A stretch of 64,000 nucleotides of DNA from an uncultured Chitinophagaceae bacterium (GTDB lineage Bacteria > Bacteroidota > Bacteroidia > Cytophagales > Cytophagaceae): positions 144,229 through 208,228 of the forward strand of contig CAYVTO010000004.1 in assembly GCA_964454665.1 (NCBI GenBank), in the 5' to 3' direction. Positions 55,659 to 64,000 of the stretch are shown here, piece after piece. Under the pieces are notes generated by a model. That model was not told the origin of the DNA. It was given only the letters and a program-made list of their open reading frames with translations, and ran no database searches. Both the position numbers and the translations under genes were made by a program. Position 1 is the stretch's first letter. Each line of letters opens with the position of its first letter.

Positions 55659-57593
55659 ATGCTAAAGAAAATTTATGTACTCTTATTCAGTTTAACGGTA
55701 TCCCTTACTCAAGGACAATTGATACAACCTGATTCTGTATATACAGTAGAAGAAGTACAAATTCCTTCATCCCGATTAAATCGTTTTGCCACAGGAAGTA
55801 AAATCATAGAAATTGATTCTATGGTCCTGACTCAACACAACAACCGTACACTGGCCGAATTATTGGCCAACGAATCACAAGTTTTTGTAAAAAGTTACGG
55901 AATAGCAGGTTTATCAAGCCCTTCGTTCAGGGGAACCAATGCCAGTCAAACTGCCATTCTCTGGAACGGATTTAATATTTCCAGTCCGATGAACGGTATG
56001 CAGGATTTAACCTTGCTTCCTGTCGGTTTCTCCAACGATATTAAAATACAATATGGTGGATCAAGTGCTCTCTGGGGAAGCGGAGCCATCGGAGGTAGCA
56101 TTCATCTCATCAATACACCAGAATTTAACAAAGGGTTATCCGCATCAACTTCATTGAGTATCGGAAGCTTTGATGCTCATCAGGAAAATATTGAAATGGG
56201 TATAAGTACCAAACGGTTCATATCCATTACAAAATTCTTTCACCACGAAGCAAAAAACAACTTCCCCTATACCAACATCGCACAGTTTGGTAAACCAGAA
56301 CACAAAATGAGTAATGCAGAGTTCAATCAAAATGGACTGTTACAAGAAAATTATGTCAAGCTCACACAAAATCAAACCCTAAGCTTACGTTTTTGGTATC
56401 AACACAATCATAGAAACATTCCGGGAAGTATGACAGTTGCCCAAAGCAAAGCCGATCAAACAGATGAAGCCCTTCGATCTACCATAGAGTGGCAACGGAT
56501 AAAAGATAAAACATCTTATTTCATGAGGGCCGCTTATTTCGACGAAGCCTTAGATTATACCGATCCTCAAATTAATTTAATTTCGACAAGCCGATCTAAA
56601 GCACTGATTACAGAAGCTGAAGTAAAATATAAGCTCACCGACAATCAATTACTCAACATAGGCATCAACAACACCTATAACCAAGCAACCACGGAAAATT
56701 ACAATTTTTCTCCTACGCAAAACAAAACATCATTTTTTGGCTCGTACCAACTTAAAAACAAAAAGTCGACCTTTAGAAACACCTTATCCGCACGGCAAGA
56801 ATTTGTAAGCAATGGCCTTCGTCCATTTACAGCTTCTTTCGGGACTGAACTATGGTTATTGAAAACCATTAGAACACGTGGAAGTATTTCAAAAAATTAT
56901 CGATTACCGACTTTCAATGATTTGTATTGGGCACAAGGAGGAAATCCGAATCTACTCCCGGAAGATGGTCTCAGCGAAGAAATTGGTCTTGCATATATCC
57001 TATACAAAGATAAATTTGCTATCGAATATGAACTCACCGGAATCAATAGTAATGTAAAAAACTGGATCATGTGGATTCCTAATGACGTCGGAATTTGGTC
57101 CCCTAAAAATGTAGTGGAAGTCTGGTCGAGAGGAATAGAAAATGATTTAAAAGTATCTTACACCTTGGGGAAAATAAAAACGAATGTTAACGTTCATTAC
57201 CAATTCATCAAAACAACAAATGAAAAAATCATGACCAATGATCAATCTTCTTTACACAATCAATTGATCTATACTCCGACTGAAAAAATTTCTTCCCGTT
57301 TTGGAGTAGAATTTAAACGGTTTAGAATAGGCATAACCTACAACTATATAGGCTATCGTTATACCACTTCAGACAACAGTCAATACTTAGATCCTTATTA
57401 CACTTTAAATATCGACCTCAGTAAAACAGTTGTCTTAAATCATCTCGCCATAAAATCCTACATACAGCTGAACAACATCACCAACGAATCCTATCAAATC
57501 ATTGCCTTTTATCCTACACCAAGACAAAATTTCCAAATAGGACTTGTCATTCATTTTAATAAACCCAACAACCAATCACATGAAATCAAATAA
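55659..57593 (+). CDS. btuB: TonB-dependent receptor, BtuB-like
   Basis: Signal peptide, plug domain (FVKSYGIAGLSSPSFRGTNASQTAILWNGFNISSP), a 22-strand-type barrel, and a B12 riboswitch upstream. Confidence 0.8.
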   Translation: MLKKIYVLLFSLTVSLTQGQLIQPDSVYTVEEVQIPSSRLNRFATGSKIIEIDSMVLTQHNNRTLAELLANESQVFVKSYGIAGLSSPSFRGTNASQTAILWNGFNISSPMNGMQDLTLLPVGFSNDIKIQYGGSSALWGSGAIGGSIHLINTPEFNKGLSASTSLSIGSFDAHQENIEMGISTKRFISITKFFHHEAKNNFPYTNIAQFGKPEHKMSNAEFNQNGLLQENYVKLTQNQTLSLRFWYQHNHRNIPGSMTVAQSKADQTDEALRSTIEWQRIKDKTSYFMRAAYFDEALDYTDPQINLISTSRSKALITEAEVKYKLTDNQLLNIGINNTYNQATTENYNFSPTQNKTSFFGSYQLKNKKSTFRNTLSARQEFVSNGLRPFTASFGTELWLLKTIRTRGSISKNYRLPTFNDLYWAQGGNPNLLPEDGLSEEIGLAYILYKDKFAIEYELTGINSNVKNWIMWIPNDVGIWSPKNVVEVWSRGIENDLKVSYTLGKIKTNVNVHYQFIKTTNEKIMTNDQSSLHNQLIYTPTEKISSRFGVEFKRFRIGITYNYIGYRYTTSDNSQYLDPYYTLNIDLSKTVVLNHLAIKSYIQLNNITNESYQIIAFYPTPRQNFQIGLVIHFNKPNNQSHEIK

Positions 57594-57603
57594 GCTAAAC
57601 CGC

Positions 57604-58671
57604 ATGAAAAACATTTTCCTGATAAGCATAATCGCTGGGGTATCCATACTCAGCGCTTGCGAAAAAAAATCAGACAAAGAAGAAGCTCCTGTCGGTCAAT
57701 ACAAAGAAGGTGTATTTATTGTAAACGAAGGACCTTTTGGTTCTGGTACCGGAACGGTTAGTCACTATAACCGAGCCACACGAGTACTTACCAATGATAT
57801 TTTTCAGCGTGTAAATTTTTTCCCACTAGGCAATATTGTGCAATCGGTAAATATCTTCGATGAAAAAGGATACATCGTTGTCAACAACTCCAATAAAATA
57901 GAAGTAGTAGAAGATGGAACTTTTAAAATTATGGGAACCATTACAGGTCTTACACAACCTCGTAACATACTACAAATTGATAACAACAAAGCCTACGTCA
58001 CAGAATGGAGTGACAATGGAGCAAACGGTACCGTAAAAGTGGTGAGTACCGCATTTAATGCCGTTGTCAAAACGATTAACATCGGCAGAAAAGGGCCGGA
58101 AAAAATGTATAAAAAAGGGAACTATGTCTATGTCACTTGTAAAGGAGGATTAGATAACGATTCTATGGTCACAGTCATTAATAGCATAACGGATGCTGTC
58201 GTAAAACATATTGATGCAGGACCTAACCCGGATGGTATTGTAGAAGACCTCAGTGGTAAATTATGGGTGTTATGTACCGGGCAATATAAAAATGATTACA
58301 GCAGTTTAGAAAAAACGGGGAGACTCGTAAAAATAAATCCCAACAACAACACGGTAGAAACTTCCTATCCTTTCAGTTCCATCTATTCTCAACCCTCTGG
58401 ACTTTCTATTAATAAAGGCAAAACCAGACTATACTATAACTACGACGGTAAAATTTGCACACAAGATATTTATGCCTCAAGTTTACAAACCAATGCCATT
58501 GTCAACCGATCTTTTTATAGTTTAAGTATTGATCCTGTCACCAATATCATTTATGCTGGTGATGCAGGAAATTTTTCAAGCAATGGAAAAGTAATTCGAT
58601 ACAACGCTTCAGGGAGTAAGATTGACAGCTTAAATGTCGGTATCATTCCAGGCAGTTTTTTCTTCAAATAA
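57604..58671 (+). CDS. surface lipoprotein, beta-propeller (YncE/DUF5074-like; BtuG-like candidate)
   Basis: MKNIFLISIIAGVSILSAC lipobox (alternative ATG at 57580 overlapping the btuB stop). It has repeated propeller-like strands and sits immediately downstream of btuB. Confidence 0.65.
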   Translation: MKNIFLISIIAGVSILSACEKKSDKEEAPVGQYKEGVFIVNEGPFGSGTGTVSHYNRATRVLTNDIFQRVNFFPLGNIVQSVNIFDEKGYIVVNNSNKIEVVEDGTFKIMGTITGLTQPRNILQIDNNKAYVTEWSDNGANGTVKVVSTAFNAVVKTINIGRKGPEKMYKKGNYVYVTCKGGLDNDSMVTVINSITDAVVKHIDAGPNPDGIVEDLSGKLWVLCTGQYKNDYSSLEKTGRLVKINPNNNTVETSYPFSSIYSQPSGLSINKGKTRLYYNYDGKICTQDIYASSLQTNAIVNRSFYSLSIDPVTNIIYAGDAGNFSSNGKVIRYNASGSKIDSLNVGIIPGSFFFK

Positions 58672-58711
58672 GATCTTTCAAGAGAAAACACCATGATAAA
58701 AAATGGTAAAT

Positions 58712-58752
58712 AAACGAGATATGCGACCTCTTCAAGGTCGCATATCTCGTTT
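58712..58752. terminator. bidirectional terminator hairpin
   Basis: Perfect 17-bp stem aaacgagatatgcgacc-tcttcaa-ggtcgcatatctcgttt between convergent genes. Confidence 0.8.
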
Positions 58753-58780
58753 TAAAGGCAGGCTTATTTTATTTCTTGTA

Positions 58781-59461
58781 TTAATTAATCACTCTACCAT
58801 CGCCCATTTCAATGATACGATCAGTACGTTTAGCAAAATCAGGATCGTGGGTAACCACCAACATAGCTTGACCTCGCTCTTGTGCAATCTCTCTAAAAAT
58901 ATCAAAAACGACATCACTGTTTTTCTTATCCAAATTCCCCGTAGGCTCATCGCCCATGATGATCAAAGGTTTATTCACCAAAGCACGTGCAATGGCTACC
59001 CTTTGCTTTTGACCACCAGAAAGTTGCCCTGCTCTTTTTAATGCTTCTTGTTCTACTCCCAGATCCTTCAATAATTTCATGGCATGATCTTCTATTTCTT
59101 CTTTCGAAAACTTGTTCAATTTCAAGGCAGGCAACATGACATTTTTCAATACACTAAATTCAGGCAACAAATAATGAAATTGAAAAACAAAGCCAATTTT
59201 TTCATTGCGTACATGAGCTAACTGGTCATGCGTCTTTTTATTCATCTGCTCTCCGTCAATATACACCTCACCCCGATAATCGGTATCCATGGTAGAAAGA
59301 ATATATAACAACGTAGATTTACCACACCCCGATTTCCCCACAATAGAAACAAACTCGCCTCGATTTACATTGATCGAAACATCATTCAACACTTGTAATT
59401 TTACGGGATCGTAAAAAAACTTATTGACGCTTTGGGTACTTAAAACTGATTCCGGTTCCAT
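58781..59461 (-). CDS. ABC transporter ATP-binding protein (MacB/LolD type)
   Basis: Walker A GKSGCGKST, signature LSGGQKQRVAIARA, Walker B LIIMGDEPTGNLD. Confidence 0.9.
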   Translation of the reverse strand: MEPESVLSTQSVNKFFYDPVKLQVLNDVSINVNRGEFVSIVGKSGCGKSTLLYILSTMDTDYRGEVYIDGEQMNKKTHDQLAHVRNEKIGFVFQFHYLLPEFSVLKNVMLPALKLNKFSKEEIEDHAMKLLKDLGVEQEALKRAGQLSGGQKQRVAIARALVNKPLIIMGDEPTGNLDKKNSDVVFDIFREIAQERGQAMLVVTHDPDFAKRTDRIIEMGDGRVIN

Positions 59462-60720
59462 TATTTACCACGTATAATTTCTACAGGATCCACTTTACTG
59501 GCTTTCAGTGCAGGGAAAAATCCTGCGATAAACGTGGTAGCAATAGAAAAAATGATCCCTATATAATAATAAGTAGAATTAAAATTAACAGGATAGGTTT
59601 TAATGGTGGGTAAAGAAGGTGTATCAAACGGGATATTAGAGATAATCGTAGATAAGGTAAAACCTCCTATGAGACCAAGAAATCCGCCGGTCAATCCGAT
59701 GATCAAGGAAATCATAATAAAAATTTTCATCACATCTTTTCCCGAATATCCAGTAGCTTTTAAAATGGCAATAGAATCCATCTTTTCATAAATCATCATG
59801 TTCAAAATATTATAAATGCCAAACCCTGCAACAATGAGTAACGTGATCCCTACCGTATAAGAAATCAATGTTCGAATTGAACTGCCTGTTTCAAATTGAG
59901 CATTGGCAGTTTGTATATCGATAGCATCCGTACCGTATACTTGCGCATATTGCTTTGCCATTTCAGGTGCTCCGTTCAAATCTTTCAACTTGACTTGAAT
60001 ATCGGTAATATAATTTTTAGAAACACCCAATAGTTTTTGAGTCGTTTCAATCGAAGCATAACTCTGAACATTATCAAAATCTGCAATCCCTACTTGAAAA
60101 AAGCCTACAACCTTTAAAGAATAACGAGCACCTTTCGTAGTCGTAACTTGAATAACATCGCCAACATCAACCAACATTTTTTCTGCGGCGCCTTTCCCTA
60201 AAACAATACTGTTCGAAACATTGTTTAAATCCTCCAAATTACCCTTGACCAAATAATCGGAAAAATAAAATAATTCGTTTTCCGCCAAAACATCAATGCC
60301 ATTGATGACTCCTGTAATATCAATAGAGCCAACATTGTAAAATACTTGTGTGATTAACTTAGGTGCAATACCTAAAACCTTCGGATCTTTTTTCAAGTTT
60401 TGAATGATCGCAATACTGTTGTGAATTTGTTGAGGACGATCTACCGGCTTAACAGAAGAAATCATATTCACCGTTTTATTTCCCTTATCCACTAAAGTCA
60501 AAGGTTGATTGACCGTCGGCTTGATTTCATTATACAAACGCACATGAGGGGTTCTATTTAAAATTAAACCATCTAACAATTTATTTAGACCCGTCATGAA
60601 ACTCAACATGGTAATAAACATCATGATGCCGAAAGTAACACCCACAGCAGCAATCACCGATTGTTTCAATCGGGCCAACAACATGGTTTTCGAAATTTGG
60701 GCAAGTAATAAGATATTCAT
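59461..60720 (-). CDS. ABC transporter permease, FtsX/MacB-like
   Basis: N-terminal TM helix, a large periplasmic domain and a C-terminal FtsX-type 3-TM bundle. There are 1-nt start/stop overlaps with both neighbours. Confidence 0.85.
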   Translation of the reverse strand: MNILLLAQISKTMLLARLKQSVIAAVGVTFGIMMFITMLSFMTGLNKLLDGLILNRTPHVRLYNEIKPTVNQPLTLVDKGNKTVNMISSVKPVDRPQQIHNSIAIIQNLKKDPKVLGIAPKLITQVFYNVGSIDITGVINGIDVLAENELFYFSDYLVKGNLEDLNNVSNSIVLGKGAAEKMLVDVGDVIQVTTTKGARYSLKVVGFFQVGIADFDNVQSYASIETTQKLLGVSKNYITDIQVKLKDLNGAPEMAKQYAQVYGTDAIDIQTANAQFETGSSIRTLISYTVGITLLIVAGFGIYNILNMMIYEKMDSIAILKATGYSGKDVMKIFIMISLIIGLTGGFLGLIGGFTLSTIISNIPFDTPSLPTIKTYPVNFNSTYYYIGIIFSIATTFIAGFFPALKASKVDPVEIIRGK

Positions 60721-61802
60721 TAAGGCTTCACAATTTGTGTGGCAGAATCAATCCCGGAAATAATCTCTACGTAATCGTAGTTCATCAAGCCGGTTGTCAC
60801 TATTTTCTCTTCATCATCTGCCGTTTTTACGATCGAATCGTTGAGTACGTATTTACGAGGTAAAACCAATGCTCGATCTTTTTTAACCAAAACAATATTG
60901 GCCTCTACCGTAAGGTTAGGATAGAGTTTATTCGGTGCTTCTGTAAATACGGCATCTACTCTAAACGCGCGTGTTTTTTCATCCATGATGGGATAAACTT
61001 TATTGACCTTTGCTTTGAACACTTGATTTTTATAACTGTCCATCGTAATGAATACTTCTTGATCTTTAGAGATTTTCACAATATCATACTCATCAACTTG
61101 TAACTCGATGTAAAAACTGTTACTACGACCTATGACAGCAATCGGTGTTTGACTACTCACAAACTCCCCTCTTTCTTTTAAAATATTATAGAGAATGCCA
61201 TCGATCTCACTTTTGACTAAAAAGTTACCTTCATGCTCTTGGCTTATCTTCAAATTATTCTGAGCTTGTTTATACTCCGTGTCTACTTGTAATCTGGCCA
61301 ATTCCAATCGTGCTTTCACCGACAGGTAATTGCTTTTTGAACTTTTAAAAGCCAATTCCTTTTGTTCAAATTCTACTTTCGTACCCACATTTTGCTCCCA
61401 TAGTTTCTTCTGACGTTCATATAAAGTGGAATCTAAATTGAGCTTATCTTTGGCTTGAGTGACTTGCATCTCAATGTCCCTGATTTTAGACGAGTGTTGA
61501 GAGGAATTTTCTCGGCTTAACTCCAATGCCAACTTGGCATTATCACTATTAAGACGCGAAGTACGGTTATTAATTTGAAAGAGGACAGTTCCTTTAGCAA
61601 TTGAATCCCCTTCACTCACGAAGATCTTTTCAAGTATCCCATTGTCTGAACTATAGGCCTGGTACTGATCACCCGATTTAATAATTCCAGAAGCATAAAC
61701 AGAAATGGTAATGGGCTTATAAGAGGCTTTAATAAATTCTTTCTTCTTCCCACAACTCATGATCAGTAAAACCGAACAGAATCCTATTATGATTTTTTGC
61801 AT
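60720..61802 (-). CDS. HlyD/MacA-type periplasmic adaptor (membrane fusion protein)
   Basis: Lipobox-like LLIMSCG, a coiled-coil hairpin region (...QVTQAKDKLNLDSTLYERQKKLWEQ...), and beta-barrel/lipoyl-like flanks. Confidence 0.8.
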   Translation of the reverse strand: MQKIIIGFCSVLLIMSCGKKKEFIKASYKPITISVYASGIIKSGDQYQAYSSDNGILEKIFVSEGDSIAKGTVLFQINNRTSRLNSDNAKLALELSRENSSQHSSKIRDIEMQVTQAKDKLNLDSTLYERQKKLWEQNVGTKVEFEQKELAFKSSKSNYLSVKARLELARLQVDTEYKQAQNNLKISQEHEGNFLVKSEIDGILYNILKERGEFVSSQTPIAVIGRSNSFYIELQVDEYDIVKISKDQEVFITMDSYKNQVFKAKVNKVYPIMDEKTRAFRVDAVFTEAPNKLYPNLTVEANIVLVKKDRALVLPRKYVLNDSIVKTADDEEKIVTTGLMNYDYVEIISGIDSATQIVKP

Positions 61803-62091
61803 ATTCTTCCGATGACAAGCCTGTTAAATATTATTTCAATTCAATTTTAAGCCAACATGAAAGCCATACACTCTTGCATAGCTTTCACTGCAATAGCTAA
61901 GTTAATGAAATTGATGTAATTGGCAAGATGGATGAACATGACATTAAACAACTTTAAGCGATAAAACGAGTACGTTCTTTTAACATCTTTGAAAATTAAC
62001 CCTAGAATTCAGGTAAAAAGAAACTTAAATCCCAATTTCCATAAAATCACTATATTGCAAAAACAGCTATATTTTTAACACCCGTAAACGC

Positions 62092-63022
62092 ATGTCTAAA
62101 ATAATAATACGATGGTTTGCTATACCCTTAAGCATCGTTGGCTTATACTTTTTCATCTATTACCAAACTCCTTATTACCTCATCAATCCCACGATGAGCA
62201 AGGACAATCAGACTCATCGTTTAATGATTTCTTCTGATCGTACTGACCATGGAGGGAATACACAATTGCACATAGTAGAAAATAAAGCGGGACGCTTAGC
62301 TTTTAATTACACGTTACAAGAAGGCCATCGATGCCTCTGTTGCATTGGCATCAGACAGTACCTTTCCCTTTGACTTTTCTCCTTATGACCAGATCCGATT
62401 ATCTATAAAATCTAAAAAAGGGAAACGATTACAAGTCATGGTACTTGGTGATGAAAAAGTAGTCAAACAAGGGAAAGATAGTCTACAGTATACCATGCGC
62501 CAACAAATCATCAATATTTCTCCTCAAGAAACCATCATCGACATTCCGTTTAAAGACTTTTACATTCCTGAATGGTGGCATTTTGTAAACAACACCCAAG
62601 AGGGTAATTATCCTGGATCTGAATTTAATCGAGTACACCGTATTGCCATTAGTAATTGCATCAATTTAAAATCTGATATTGAAGACCAGATCGAAGTGAG
62701 CACGTTAATGATTCACCGCAGTCTTTACGCATTTTACGGCCAATCTGGTTTGTTTTTATGCTTCTACTATATTGTATTAGGAATTGTCCATTTTTTCTCG
62801 CGTAAAAAAAATGAAAAGTCTTTATACTTTCATCCTCAACAAAACCCTACCGAATCTTCCATTACTCCGGAAGAAGGGGCCTTGTTTAACTACATCACGC
62901 AACATTATATGAAAGACCTTTCTATTACAGAATTGGTTGAACAAACAGGAATTCCCGAAAAGCGGATTATACAACATGTCTACGGTTACACAAAACCCTG
63001 TCGCACGCATAAAACTCTGTGA
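62092..63022 (+). pseudogene. membrane-anchored AraC-type regulator, frameshifted (~62320-62330) and truncated within the HTH
   Basis: The reading frame switches from ...RLAFNYTLQEG (ORF 62092-62373) to ...AIDASVALASDSTFPFDFSPYDQ (open from 62300; ORF-track entry 62345-63022). A TM segment is followed by the start of an AraC HTH (FNYITQHYMKDLSITELVEQTGIPEKR). A stop then occurs ~20 codons later instead of the expected ~80 more residues. Confidence 0.55.
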
Positions 63023-64000
63023 TACCTTGGTGTCTTATTGTCTTCACCACGGTTTCGATGGCCTGGACCTCGATTGGGAAGGTTTAGGAAGTACACAAGA
63101 CAGCGTCAATTTTAAAAATTTCGTCGCAGACCTCGCCCCTCGATTAGCTACAGAAGACCTTACCTTTGTCATCACCATCGGATTTGGCGATTGGGCAGGA
63201 AGATGGTTTCCAGATATGGCTTTACAACAAGCCGATTGGCTGCAAATTATGGCGTACGACGCCGCGGGAACTTGGGACGCAAGTCCAATGGACAACCTTC
63301 AACACCTCATCGATGCCGATACTTATTGGACAAACAGAGGTTATACCCGCGACAAAATAGTGATGAGTATACCTTTTTACGGATACCAATTTGCTTCCAA
63401 TAACGGGGGAATCGGACTAGCGAAAAAATACAATGAAATTGTTGCAGCTTATCCCAACCTCATCGACACCGACAACAGAACGCCAGGCAACGACCGTACC
63501 TGTTTCAATGGACCTGAACTTATTCGTCGTAAATGCCAATACCTTATCGACAGTAGCTTTGCAGGTGTCTTTGTTTGGGAAATGACCCAAGACGCTACAG
63601 GAGACCAATCGATGCACAAACAAATTGTATGTACCTATGAAGAAACAACCTGTATACGCAAAAATCCTCCCGCTTGTACAACCGCAGACCTCAACGATGG
63701 ACTGGTGTCGCGTTGGTATTTTTCAGGAAATAACCTGGATACCATGGAACAGTCTTCGGAGGAAGTTTTTCAACCGATCGATTCGGAAACCCAAACAATG
63801 CCTACTTGTTCAATGATAACACACGCGTTGACATCGAACAGGAATTTAACATCAATGACTTTACCTTCTCTGCATGGATTAAACTGTCAAAAACAGATTA
63901 CACGGGCATACAACCCATCATTCAAAAACACGATGCCTACCCTGGACCTTTTGCCTTTTACGTAGAACATGAAAAATTGAATTTGTATTACTATAAAAGT
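62976..64000 (+). pseudogene. GH18 chitinase-like domain lacking its N-terminal third, frameshifted (~63740) into a LamG-like domain; continues past window end
   Basis: The catalytic motif FDGLDLDWE appears only ~25 aa after the first Met, so beta-strands 1-3 of the TIM barrel are missing. The end of the GH18 domain is FAGVFVWEMTQD. After ...YFSGNNLD the sequence continues in the +2 frame as HGTVFGGSFSTDRFGNPNNAYLFNDNTRVDIEQEFNINDFTFSAWIKL..., a LamG-type sequence that stays open to position 64000. Confidence 0.6.

Noticed and set aside
58703-59041. 112-aa plus-strand ORF overlapping the terminator hairpin and the 3' end of the ABC ATPase gene.
   Set aside because: It is antisense to a CDS with Walker/signature motifs and starts inside a perfect terminator palindrome.

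Overview
This looks like a chromosomal segment from a Bacteroidota bacterium of the gliding/T9SS type. gldH, two T9SS C-terminal-domain cargo proteins, WG-repeat proteins, a DUF2723-like protein and SD-less tight gene packing all point that way. My hand counts of sampled 60-nt lines give about 37-42 % GC for most genes. Most of the window is housekeeping: hemA, menA, mltG, recQ, purD, rlmB, a ManC-type transferase, an M42 peptidase, an ABC exporter, a MacAB-like efflux operon and a cobalamin-riboswitch/btuB locus. I found no rRNA, tRNA, CRISPR array, integrase or prophage. The parts I consider worth a second look are listed here. (1) A REP-associated tyrosine transposase (RAYT) has an inverted pair of perfect REP palindromes translated in-frame inside its own coding sequence, and a second copy of the same doublet lies just after the stop codon. 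(2) Arrays of a CTGNCNA heptamer form inverted arms around otherwise unrelated terminator hairpins at two convergent-gene junctions. (3) An outer-membrane beta-barrel gene is paired with a signal-peptide TPR-CHAT (caspase-like) gene. (4) An exported protein with six DnaJ-type CxxCxGxG zinc-finger motifs is translationally coupled to an MFS transporter and menA. (5) A 4.9-kb, GC-shifted M43-metalloprotease T9SS cargo gene sits next to a GC-rich tandem repeat. (6) A 13-14-blade repeat T9SS protein lies beside a PAS-LuxR solo regulator. (7) A 1298-aa DUF4011/Upf1-like SF1 helicase carries a Vsr/DUF559-like C-terminal nuclease fold. (8) The right end of the window is a decaying region, with a frameshifted and truncated AraC-like gene fused onto an N-terminally deleted, frameshifted GH18-LamG gene. 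All family assignments come from motif recognition by eye, and no database search was possible.
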